Assembly: GCA_021613535.1 (NCBI GenBank)
Contig: CP075493.1
Span: forward strand, 9,300,001 to 9,364,000
Length of the DNA stretch: 64,000 nt
Source of the DNA: Adineta vaga
Lineage: Eukaryota; Animalia; Rotifera
Direction: 5' to 3'
Under the pieces are notes generated by a model that worked only from the letters and a program-made list of their open reading frames with translations, ran no database searches and was not told the DNA's origin. Shown one piece after another: positions 14,657-27,580 of the stretch. How positions within the stretch are numbered: position 1 is the stretch's first letter; each line of letters begins with the position of its first letter. Made by a program: the position numbers and the translations under genes.

Positions 14657-16824
14657 TTATTTGGTATCTTTTGGTGAGGGTGGTGCTTGAAATTTTTTCA
14701 GAACATTTCCTTTACTAGCATGGCCAGCGACAATTTCCGTTAATTCTTCATCTTTATCGGTATCTTCTTCGTCTGAAGATACTGAAACTCTAAATCGAAC
14801 ATCATATGGAGAAGTTCGTTGTGATTTGGGCTGTGTTGATTGATCCGAAATGATATTTAGTTGAATACTTTCATCAGTTGTTTGTTTTTGAGCAACAACT
14901 GAACTGATTTTTTCTAATAAATCAAGTGATGTTTCATGTTGATCATCATCAACATAACCAATAATAAAATGAACACGACTATTATTTCGACATAATGAAT
15001 TTGTTAAAACATCATCTGTTTTCGGTAAAGAATTGATGTCGGGTGTTTCAGTTATATTTCTTTCCATTTCAAATGCAGCATTATCTTTCGCTCTTGCATC
15101 GGGATTTTCAATTTCTTTTGTTTGACTTCGTCGTCTACGAAATACACCGGAATTATTTCTTGAACAATTATCAATATTTTCCTCATCAGATAAATCATCA
15201 AAACTCACAACCTCTTCATTAATATATAATTTTCGAGCATAAACACGTTGATATCGATCAACCAATACTGATACCAACATACCTATAGTTGCTGCACCAA
15301 ATAATGCACATAAACATGAAATGATTCTTCCAATTGGTGTGATTGGTGAAATATCACCATATCTAAATGAAAATAATGAGGAGAAAAAACATTCAAAGAC
15401 TTTATCTTTACCCAACACTTGTAATGGTGATCACGCCCCAATAAGTTGCTTTTAATATAGAATCAAATGCGACACCATTGGTATCATTTTCAGCAAAATA
15501 AGCTGCTGCACCAAAGAGAAAACTTAATAATGTTAAAATAATAATCATAATGAAAAAATCTGGAATCGATTGTTTTAATGTCGATGTTAAAACACGTAAT
15601 GATTTGATATTGCGAAATACACGATAGAATTTAAATATTCGAACAAAACGAACAATACGTAAAAGACGTAGTGCTACATATGTTGTCGTATAAATTTCAC
15701 TCTCGCGACCAATAACATGTAAAGCAATTACAACATAATATGGAATTACTGCTAAAATATCAACCCAATTCATGATATTTATAATATATGTCTTCAATGA
15801 TGGTGCACTAATAATACGAAGAAAAAGTTCAATAGTAAAAAAACCGACACAAACAGTTTGAATAATAAAAAATGGTGTAGTGAAGTATGAATGACATGTA
15901 AAATGATTACTGATTGTTAGATTTGTATCATTTGAATTGTTGTCTAGATATGATATTTCTTGTCTACTCTTTTGACAAGCAAAAGTGTCTAAATTTGTAA
16001 AGTCTGGTAAAGTTTCGATAGCGAGAGTAATAGTTGATGTTAAAATTAGAAGCAATGAAAAAATGTTGACAAACTTAGCAAATATGGAATAATCCGGATA
16101 TTCCATTGTTGCCCATAAAAGTCGACGAAAACGATTTTTTGGTAAACGAATTTTTTTCACTTCTTTGATGTTTTCATCTTTACGTAACTGATCTAATGCT
16201 ACTTGTCCTAATTGAAAAAACGTTACTTCTTCAAGAAAAATATCAATCGGTACATAATTTGGTCGACGTAAACGACCATGTGATTGATAATAGTAAAGAA
16301 TAGCTTCAAAACAAGCACGATTACGATCGAAAAAGTATTCATTTCGACTTTTATCATAATAATATTTTCGACGTCTTCGATTACCCAATAATGTATCTGG
16401 ATAGAGTTCTAATGTTGTACGATGAGTTTCATATCGATCACCACATACATTAATTATAATACGATCTTGAATTGATTTACTATTATTACGTTGACGTGGA
16501 ACAAATTCTCTCGCACGTATATTGAGTAAACTTTGAACATTTATAATATCACTAATTTAATGTTAAAAATGAATGATTATCTCCATTGTAGAAGTTCGAA
16601 CTTACGAGACATAAGTTTCCGTACTTCTTGAAGCCAAATATGGTTGTTTTACGGATATTGATCTTCTTCAAAGAAAAATTAAACTTATAGAATGAATATG
16701 AAAAATGATTTTTATACTCGAATAAACGTTCGAAAGGTCGTCGTTGATTTGTTGATGTTCGTTCACTCTGACTATGAATTTGTTCGATCGGTTCGATAGT
16801 ACATGTTTGTTGAATATTTTGCAT
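14657..16824 (-). CDS. Shaker/Kv1-family voltage-gated K+ channel with atypical S6; introns ~16667-16717, 16552-16605 and one in the pore loop
   Basis: T1 domain RIIINVCGDRYET...EYFFDRNRACFEAILYYYQSHGRLRRP; S4 LRLLRIVRFVRIFKFYR; filter TITSVG|YGD. Confidence 0.9.
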
Positions 16825-17845
16825 TATCACTATCTATGTACATATCGGTCCAATGATTATCAAATCAAATGAAGAAAAAAAGAAAAAAATCCGTAGTCTT
16901 TACAATCAATCATTTGATGTCATCCACCAATAATGTGTCTAAAGTACATAAGTATCATAGACGAACAAAATTTCCCTTTAAAGAACTTATCATATTACAT
17001 AAACACAAAAAAAGCAATATTTGAATAGTCGAAAGCAATCAAAACAAAAACATTAAGAACTATATGAATTAAGATGGGTTCATTTCCACCTAATGATATA
17101 TCATAGAACTAGTCAAACTTGATTGTTCGAGCAAAGATATGAAGATACTTGCCTTCCAGAAGTTCTTTTTATTGATCAGATATGTTACATTTTTATGCAA
17201 CTGTACTTCTTGACACTTTTGAATCATTTCAAAATGTTTGAAAACACATTTCTGAACAAGAAAATTAAGTTCAACGAAGATAGAATATTATTTGTCGATA
17301 CCAACATTTATCTTTGCTCAGCGAGCTTTTCTCTGATATTTTTTTATTCTCTGATTATTTTTTGTTATTGATATGAGACGATTGATTTTATCGATCGATT
17401 GCCTAGTACGAAGAACAACACCTTGATAATGTCCATTATTCTTAGTGATGATTTTTAAACCTGTTTCGTTTTCTATTGAATTAAGTATGATTCATTTTCA
17501 ATCACATTCAAATTTCGCCTATTCTTATAATGATCATTTCGAACGTTTTTAATCAGAACATTAAATTCTGAATTTGTATATCGTTATTTAGATGAAATGT
17601 ACAACGTGATACGAATTTTCTTCAACTACTAGTGTCCTCTTTCAATACACAATTTCATTGGTAATCACTCTGTTGATCAATGAATAATAAACGCCACTTT
17701 CGTCTTCTTTTGTTCACACATTGATTCTAACGATTATTGGTGTATGATCACAAATATACAAAGACATTGATTGTATCTATTTTCATATATTCTAGATCGA
17801 TGCAAATTCGATCTTTTGTTATTCAATAAATCAAACAATTAATTC

Positions 17846-20800
17846 ATGGTTAATACACGTAGCAGTCACCCAAACGGTGATACGAATACAAATGATTCCT
17901 ATAAAGATCGACATATAAAAGTAAACTAGTGTTTGCTTTGATTATTGCCTAAGTTTTATCTTTTAGAAAGTTGTTAATTATGAACAAGAATCATCGAATG
18001 ATTCCTTTGGAAATTCCAAGGGTCCATCACATTATCATGTATAAGATTGATTTGTCTAGAAACTTGAATTCTTAATCATGTAATTTTAGCGTGTTTTGAG
18101 AAAACGAACAAATCCAAATTATCAAAATACTTTTGATTATATCGATGATGAGTAAGATAAATGATCTGTTTTTTCTGGAAAGAAATCCTCATTTATAAAC
18201 TATGACTTTATTTTAGTGATGAAGAAGAAGAAGAACCTATGTCACGTCGTCAACGACGAGATTCTCGTCGAAATGGTTAGTAAAACGAGAAAATTTTATC
18301 TCATCATAATTTTTTACTTTTAGTTCGCACATTAATTGATACATCAAACAGTGGCTCCCCAACGACTGGTCGATTACCAAATGGTGTTCGATCTGTAAGA
18401 ATAAACGAATGCTTTCTTTTCACTAATTAAGGCTTTTTCTCTTTACAGTCAACTTTAAGCATGTATGATCGAGTAAAAAATCGTCGTAAATCCATTGATC
18501 CTGATGTTTATTCGGAAGAACATGATGATAATGAACAAACAGAAGAAGCAACCAATCACAACAATGAGAATGATAATGAAACGAAAAAGTTAAAAAATAA
18601 AACGAAAGAACAAACACGACAGAATGGTGGCGAAGAAGAAAATACAATGGATATTTTAAATCAGGATGAAGATGAGGAAGAAGAAGAAGAGGAGGAAGGA
18701 TTAAATAATCAACAGACAGGAAAATATTCGTTGAGAGAACGAAAACCACCGATACAACGTTTTTCTCTTTATGGTAAGTTGAGTAAAGCGAATGATGTAT
18801 ATGAAGAATCCTATTCGTAATACATATGAGTCAGTTATTATAAAGCAATTTGGTTACTGTTTTTTTGTTCATCAAATAGAACAACCACGACAAAGACGAA
18901 AAACGATTTATTATGATGATGATGATGAACGACCATCAACATCAAGATCACGTCGATCACGACGAAAAGGGTACGATTATTTGTAATAAAAATGTAGTTA
19001 TTGACCATGATTATCATATTTAGACGGCGTGTTTCTGCTCATGCCTCAAGTTCATCTACATCTGATTCGTCATCAGATAGTGAAGGAATGGGACCATTAA
19101 CAAATGGTGACCTTGATTCTCGACCACAACGAACTGCACGATTAGCTAAAAGCACTGCCTTAAAACGAATGAGGTTATTATCTTGTATTTATTTCAATAA
19201 GATATCTGTATTCATTACCTTTGAATTTATTTAGATGTTTACCAACAAATTTAGATTTACTTAGTGTTTATACAAGTTCAAAAAAGCCAAATACACGTAC
19301 ACCTTCCAATGGTGCTGGCAGTGGCATAGGAGCATTAAATCTTGATTCAAATAGTAAAAGTCGACGAGCAAATAATGCCGCTGTGTCATTAGCAGATGCT
19401 GAATCCATTGAAATCGATCGATCAGTAAATAGTTTTGATTGAAACATATAAATTCATTTTTAGCTTATTCTTTTAGATTACTTTTGATGATATTGGTGGT
19501 TTAGATCCAATTATTCGTTCATTGAAAGAAATGATTGTTCTTCCATTAGTCTATCCGGAATTATTTCATCACTATAAAATCAAACCACCACGTAAAAAAA
19601 TCTCTCTTAGACAAATATTCATTATATAGAAAAAAAATTTCATCATTCTAGGTGGTGTTCTTTTTTATGGTCCACCGGGTACTGGTAAAACATTAGTTGC
19701 TCGTGCTCTTGTAAATGAATGTTCATCACCAGATCGTCGTATTGCCTTTTTCATGCGTAAAGGTGCCGATTGTTTGTGTAAATATGTGGGTGAAAGTGAA
19801 CGACAATTACGTGTTTTATTTGACCAAGCTTATCAACAACGACCATCGATAATCTTTTTCGATGAAATTGATGGTTTAGCACCAGTACGTTCAGCTCGAC
19901 AGGATCAAATTCATGCATCGATTGTTTCAACATTACTTGCACTTATGGATGGTCTTGATAATCGTGGTGAAGTTGTCGTTATTGGAGCAACAAACCGTCT
20001 TGATGCAATCGATCCAGCATTACGACGACCAGGAAGATTTGATCGAGAATTTCGATTTTCATTACCAACAATGGAAGTAAGTGAAAAATCTTGTAAAGAT
20101 ATCTAATTCTTACGACATCTCTTATTAAGGCAAGAAAACAAATTTTAAAAATTCATACTAAAGAATGGGAATCGAAACCTCATGCTGGTTTTATTGAAGA
20201 AATGGCTGCACGCACGGCTAGTAAGTTATTTCTGCTGTTTATTCAAATTGTTTTTTATTTGTTCGTTTTCTATCTTCAAGGTTTTTGTGGTGCTGATTTA
20301 AAAAGTCTTTGTCAAGAAGCCTTTCTATCAGCTTTACGTCGACGTTATCCACAAATTTATGATTCTCGACAAAAATATAAAATTGATCCACGTTCATTAC
20401 ATTTATCTCGTGGAGATTTTTATACAGCTTTACATCGTATTGTTCCAGCATGTAATCGTGGTTGTCAACATCCTGTCGGTCGTCCATTGGATATGCATTT
20501 GATTCCTCTTCTAAGTGAACAATTGGATAAATGTTTAGATCAATTAAATGAACTTTTCTTCAAACGAACAATTAATAATACTAATAAAAATTCAAATCAT
20601 ATACCATTTCAAAGCATTAGTGAAGATTTAACGTCAACAACATTGATACCGAAAATGAAAACATGTGGTTTGACAACATCTTTTGCATCAAGTTCACAAC
20701 GTAGTGCTACATTTACAATGACAAGTACACTGGATAATGGTCTCTGTCGATTTTTTGCACCAGCAGTTGTACAACAACTTGATTGTGCTTTTTTTGTCTT

Positions 20801-22984
20801 TGAATTGGGTTATCTTCATGCTCAAACAGCACGAACACCTGAAGAAGCGTGTGCACAATTATTTACAGAAGCACGACGAAGTGCTCCATCCATTATCTAT
20901 ATTCCAGATATTGACAATCTTTGGCCAAAAATATCTGAATCAGTGCAATATATGTTTATATCGAATGTACGAACATTGCCTCCCAATTTACCTATTCTAA
21001 TTTTGATTGCACTGGAATCAGATTCGTATGATGACATTCATCCAGATGTAAGTATTTACCATTCAGAAAATTGAAGAAAATATTATTCATGGAACAGTAA
21101 ACTGCCGATAGTAGAAAGAATATTTTGAGATGATATTGACATATTTATATCTTCTAATGATCCTCATATCGGTTTTGTAGAGAAGTCATTTTTTATTTAG
21201 ATAAGTCAGATTATTTCTCCGAAATCAACTTTTACATTAATAAAACCAACTTCTGAAGATCGTTATGCTTTTTTTGCACCATTATTCCATGAAGATATGT
21301 TTACATCAATCAGTACAACCGATCCAACTAAAGGTAAAACAAAAAAAAGTATAGAAAAAAAGAAATGGTATTCTTGTCTATTTATTGATTTTAATAGAAC
21401 CAAGTCAAGAAATTCTGGAATTTGCTGAACCTGCACCAATCTCTTGTGAACGTAGTGAAGAAGAACTTGAACGTCTGAAACAACGTGAAGAAGCTACTAT
21501 GACTGAATTACGAGTTTTTCTTCGTGATATGCTAAAAATTTTATTACGTGATAAACGTTTTACATATTTTTCACGTCCAATTGATGTTGAAGATGTACCT
21601 GATTATTACGATGTGATCGAAAATCCAATGACATTTTCTATAATGCTTGAAAAAGTTGATAAACATGGATATTCATGTGTAAAACAATTTACACAAGATA
21701 TTGATTTGATTGTTTCGAATGCATTACTATACAATCCAGATCATACAACACAAGGTAAGTGTATAAAAGAAACTAAAATTTTCTTCAATCATTTACATTT
21801 ATATTAGGACAATTAATTCGACATCGTGCTTGTGAATTACGTGATGTTTGTCAATTTCATATTAATGCTGAATTGGATATGGAATTTGAATTATTATGTC
21901 AACAAGTAACAGAAGCACGAAAACAAAGAGGTTTGTTCGAGATGAATATTTTGATTTTGATTATTGAATATGTTTCTTTAGGTGATGATCCAAAAGCATC
22001 TTTGCCTGATTATGTTTATACTGAACAAGCAACAACAACAGATAGAAGTGTACATACAGAGAATGACAATATTTCAGTAAATGGAACTGAAAATCAAATG
22101 GATGTATCAAATAAAAATCTTTTAAATACGACGGATCAATCAGATGTTCAATTAGAGAATTCAACAATTTCAACAAGAAATTCAGCAAAGAGAAATAAAA
22201 TTCAATATAATCAACGTTCAACAATCACAAGAAAACAAGTGAAAGAAAAAGAATTAGTTAATGGACATAATGAAGTAAGAGAATTGATTTCTTTCATTTC
22301 TTTATTAACTATCGACAATATTCTATGATTTTTTTTTTCTTCCTTCAGGAAACTGTTCTATCTTCTGAAGATGCTAATTCTACAACAACAGCAGCAGCAG
22401 GAGCAACTGAAATTTCTGGAAAACCACCGACACCAACTAGTAATACAACTGAATCAATGGTGACTACAACTAATCAATCATCACTTTCACCATCATCACC
22501 GTCTGCTGAATCATCAAGTCGAAAACGTGTTAAACGAACAGTATCGTCAATTTCATTATCACCTTCAAAACTTACATCTCCTAATGATACAACTACGAAA
22601 CGTCAACGAACTGATCCAACGATTAAGGTTTGAAAGTCTTAATAAAGATGAATTTCTATGTAACTCTTTTCTTTCTTTCTTTCTTTCTCATTATAGCCGG
22701 TTGAATCAGCTCCAGCTAATGTTGAACAAAACGATCTTCCATGCCGAAAACTTGACTCAGCACGTCTTGCATCGAATTTAAAATATCTCGTTGAACATAC
22801 AAATGATATTGGTATTGAAAAATTGAGTAATATTTGGTTTGAATTATTTGATCTCATTGAATCATGTCGAGTACTTTCATCAGATGAATTAATTTTTGAA
22901 GTAAGTCATTCTTTATTTTCCTATTTTTGGAATTTAATTTTTGACTTCTAGAAACTTGAAACAAGTCTTCATTCGATGATTTAA
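17846..22984 (+). CDS. ATAD2: ATAD2 AAA+ ATPase/bromodomain protein, multi-exon
   Basis: MVNTRS start; Walker A GPPGTGKT; MRKGADCLCKYVGESERQLR; FFDEIDGLAPVRS; bromodomain FSRPIDVEDVPDYYDVIENPM. Confidence 0.95.
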
Positions 22985-23517
22985 TTTATAAATATATATA
23001 TATATATATTATTTTTTCATCCACTATTTATCTAGTCTTACCATTTCGCATTCTTGAAGAAAGCCTATACTAAATATGAATCACTCAGGAAGAGCGTTAT
23101 ATGGTTATATCTTTGATCTTTCTCTCACAAAATAATTGAGAGTATAAAAAAAGATAAATATAAAGCTCATTTAGTTTTTTTTTGTTGTCATAGAAAGAAC
23201 TTTATTTAATCGGTATTTTTTTTGTGGTAAAGAAACAAATATGTGTAGAATACATAGCACTCAGGTTAGATGCTATTTTTGTCTTTTCTTGTTCGTTTCT
23301 TTATTTGTGCTCATTATTATATTTGTCTTGTCTTACATATATTTTCATCTGTTCATGTGGTTTTCTTTTTTCTTTGTAAAAAAATAGTTTTTCTCTGCTC
23401 CTTCTTCGTCTTCTGTCTTTATCTCATGTATGTAAATAAAAAACAACAACAACAACCTAAAAATAAGATCTTAATAGAGGATGGATACTTATTTTAATTT
23501 TTCTTTTTCTCTTCTAG

Positions 23518-25065
23518 ATGTCAACGATTATTTCTAATAGTAAAGTGATTCAAGTGTGTAATATATCCACGACATGTCAAAGAGAACAATTAAAAGCTTT
23601 TTTCAATTTCTTTGGAAGAATTGATGAAGTTCAATTATATCCTGATAGGTAAGAGTTTTGAAAGATTAAGAAGCAAATTCTCAAGTTTCGTATCAGATAA
23701 AAGCATAGAAAAATCATTTCGAATTCAGTCTTGTATGAGATTGAAACTTCTCGCTTGTTTTAATCTAGTTTGGAATAATTTTGTCTATTTTGAATTCTAG
23801 TGAAACTTTAGCCTCAACCATCAATGGCAAAGTTGGTTATATTAAATTCGATCGTAACGATAGTGTCTATGGCGCATTGAGCATGACAAATACAATATTT
23901 ATTGATAAGCCATTGATTGTTTCTCAAGTCTTTGAAAATTCTGTACCCGATGAAACTGATGCGATGATGTATTGTGCGCCATCAAATCCAAACATAACAT
24001 TACTTAGTGGGGGACCAACATGGCCAAGTACGGTTATTAATCGACTTGTTGGTCAACCACCAAATGCTTACATTGAAACAATTGATCCGGAATTAACTGA
24101 TCGAAATTTGCCAGCCTATCCACCATTACCAGGCACATTGGATGTTACAAAAGTAGAAGAAATTCGTCGAACTGTGTATTTATCTAATCTAGATAAAGAT
24201 GTAAGAAGAACATAAAGGATATTTGTTGTTACATTGTTTATCTCCTTCTATTTTCAGATTGAATTAGATGTTTTACATGAATTTTTGTCTCAAATTGGTG
24301 AAATTCGTTATATTCGTTCGTCTTATACAGATGAGAATGCAGAAGTACGTGGAGCTTATGTAGAATTTAGTGAACAATCATCCATCCCTAAAGTGTTGTC
24401 TATAAATGGTTTTCAATTTTTCGGTCGACCATTATTGTATGTAAAACATTGTTTATTGAAATGAATCTTTCGATTTTTCTTTATATAGTGTTAATCATGC
24501 TACATCATGTGTAATCAAACCAGCTACTGTTCGCGGATTAAGAAGTGGTAAGTGTTAGAAATCATGCGTATTTTCTTTGTCTTTATTTCGAATCATTTAG
24601 ATGAAGAAGATATCAAATTAAGTCAATCACGTTCTCCAAGGTTTATTCGAATACTATCATAATCTTTTATACTAATAGAAAGTTCCTCTTCTTTAGTGCA
24701 TCACGTCGTCTAGGTTCAGCAACTGGTGAAGAAAGCGATCATGAGCGTCATTCATCAAGATCAAAATCTCGAAAGAAATCTTCAAAATCAACTCGATCAC
24801 CTAAACGTCGTTCAAGGTTTGTTTCTGTCCCTCAAAAATTTCTGATCTTTTCTAATCCGTTGTGTTTTTTTATTTTTTTGGTAGATCGAAAAAACGTAGT
24901 CGATCTCGTTCACGTGATCGAAAACGTCGTTCGCGCTCTCGATCTTACGATCGTCATCGACGAAAGAAAGACTCACGTAAACGTTCACGATCACGTTCGC
25001 GTTCACGTTCCAAAGGACGACATCATCGAAGTGAAAGTCGAAAAGAAAAAAAATCTCGACGTTAA
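23518..25065 (+). CDS. SR splicing factor SRSF11/SREK1-like (two RRMs plus RS domain)
   Basis: KVIQVCNISTT; MTNTIFIDKPLIV; VEEIRRTVYLSNLD; C-terminal RSRSRS repeats. Confidence 0.88.
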
Positions 25066-25531
25066 ATATCTTCATGGAAGTCTATGTTATATATATCTTT
25101 GTGTATGAACTCTAGAGAGAAATAAACTAGAAAATCATTGTCTCTTGTTTTGTTTACGTGTTGTGTAATTGTTTCAAACAAAGAAGGAAAATGAATTTTC
25201 TCTTGTTATTTATTATAAAGATTGCTTGGTCAAGCGTGTGATCATATCAATATAATATTGGTATCATCACATATGTTTACACCTTAGCAAATGTTATAAA
25301 ACTTCCTAGAATGATAAATACAGAGTATTAGAGTGTCCGATAGTCGATCATATCTGCAATAATCACTTTACAAAGCGAACTCCATCGAACACAAAGAAAT
25401 CGAATTATTCGCAAATATATGATTACTGCTCGTATGCACTAATTGATTGCTGCTTATAATAATGATTATTCCTATTTGATTTGCTGCACACAAATGTGAT
25501 CAACAGCTTTATTTTGACTTCTAGATATGCA

Positions 25532-27150
25532 ATGATCTTTTCTTATCGTGCTATAGGTAGTTTGACAAAACTAAATTCTTCCAAATGGTCAGTTCATTTT
25601 TTTAAACAATCATGGCGTTTTTTCGGTAACTTGGATACATCACCATCGAATGTAATGAGAAATGCCGAAGTTCAAACAATATATTCTGAAGCATTAACTA
25701 TACCTAATACAGGTCGTTTAGAAATTCGTTGTCCATTTAATCTTTATATTACACCATTACACCAAGAAGATTTTCCAAGACTTGACAAAGCTTTTTTTAC
25801 TATTTATGGTTAGAAGAAATGTAATTCATTTGAATAATTTCATTTTTTTTATGTACTAGGTGATAGTGGTTTTCATTTTTCAAAAGAAGCATGGAATAAA
25901 TTATTTGAATTCTCAACGGTTTACAGTCGTGAAGATCGAACACTTCGTGTTATGGGTCGGTTCACTGAATCAGGTGAAAAAGAATTGAGTGACCAAGCAC
26001 ATACGTTAGAAGTATTTTGTCAAATTCCTCCACACTATGGTAAATTAATAATTCAAAAGTCTAAAAGTAATCTTCATTTCTTCAATTAGAAATTGATGTT
26101 AATTGTTCGGATAATAATAATGTGAATGTCGAATATCTTCAAAGTCCTCGTCTTCACGTAATAAAACTTATTTGAATACTTCTAACATTATTATCTACTT
26201 ATTTTATCATTAGATTCAAACAAAACGTGGTGAATGTTCACTGAAAAATATTGTCGTATGTTTAGATTCTTTCGTTGTTAAGACAATCTGTTTTTGTTTT
26301 GCATAGGCAGATAGTATTGTGGTACATAGTCAATCGGGAAATATCAAATGTTCGGGTTCATTACATGGAACCATCGATTTAAGTACGGAAAGAGAAGGCG
26401 TAATTAAATCTGAATTTTTTTATTGATAAATTTTATTTTGTTTTTATCAAATTTTTATTAGAGTATACGAGCAACGAAATTACAAGGTCCTTTTGTTCGA
26501 TTAAAAGTGGAAAATTCTGACATTCGTGTGAAACGTGCTTTTTCAGAACATTTTCTCATTCAGGGACAACATGGAAAACTTCGTTTGGGAAGTTTAACTG
26601 GTCATGGAATTGGTAAGTTAAACAGATAATTCAACGGTTTATGGTGAAATGTTTTTGTAAATAGTTGATCTAAATACTGGATCAATAAGAATAGGTAAGA
26701 AATTCATTATTTTTGAAAGAAATTGAACATCTGTTTAAATATATTTTCAGGATCCGTTGATGGTGATGTTAGTGTCCAATGTGAAAAGGGTGATGTGAAT
26801 GTATTCTTTTCCTCGACAGGCTCATCAACGATTCGTGCTCAAGATGGTGAAGTTTATTAGTCATATGTATGTATATAAATTCGTTTCTTTTAGGTGACGT
26901 TAAAGTAGGTGTGATTGATACTGTCAGTGTTCGTTTGAATCTTGTTGGTAAACGTGTTCAAGTCGATGAAGATGCTGAACATTTTCATATGGAGACAACA
27001 AAAAAAGCAGGCATTGTTCAAGTTCAAGGTTTTATAACTGATGAATCAGCAGGTTCATCAATCGATGTTAATGCACCGAAAGGAACGATTGAGTTGAATG
27101 TTCGTGATTTTTTTTCAACATTAAAACTTGATCGACATGTTGGTTATTGA
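25532..27150 (+). CDS. FAM185A: FAM185A-like mitochondrial DUF4097 beta-repeat protein, many short exons
   Basis: Presequence-like N-terminus; GRLEIRCPFNLYITPL; repeated beta units (VHSQSGNIKCSGSLHG, VDGDVSVQCEKGDV). Confidence 0.7.
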
Positions 27151-27245
27151 AATTTGTTTGTTTTTATTTGATATTCTGATCTAATGTTTGTTTTTCTTCT
27201 TCTTCTAGATTCGAATTTTCCTTTTCTCTTCATATAAAATAAATC

Positions 27246-27464
27246 ATGTTAGGTGGACCAGGTGGTGATGATCCAGAAGGAAATAAACGTATGGCTGATT
27301 TTCAAGTAAAATCAAGTTTTGTTCAATTTTTCATTGCCGTTGGATTAATGAATCTAGGTAAACGAAATTTGTAGGAAAAATGAGATGTGAGATCTCTAAA
27401 CTTTTTGTTTTTCATTTCAGCTCCATATGTTCTCGAAGCAATCATGGGTGAAAGTGTTCGTTAA
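27246..27464 (+). CDS. TOMM5: 51-aa TOM5-like mitochondrial import subunit; exons 27246-27357 and 27421-27464
   Basis: Spliced translation MLGGPGGDDPEGNKRMADFQVKSSFVQFFIAVGLMNLAPYVLEAIMGESVR*; DPE motif, V.SS..F and the TM proline resemble TOM5; canonical 63-bp intron. Confidence 0.72.
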
Positions 27465-27580
27465 ATAAAGACTGGTCATTAATATTATTCTTGTGTTTTT
27501 TTTTCTTGATCAAAAAACATAAATAAAGAAAAGAAGAATTAGAAATAGATTGAATGGATCTATATTTTTGTTTTATTTAG

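Noticed and set aside
21048-21200. Longer ATAD2 intron with a CCGATA/TATCGG inverted repeat as a snoRNA
   Set aside because: No convincing C/D or H/ACA boxes; a 6-bp stem is expected by chance
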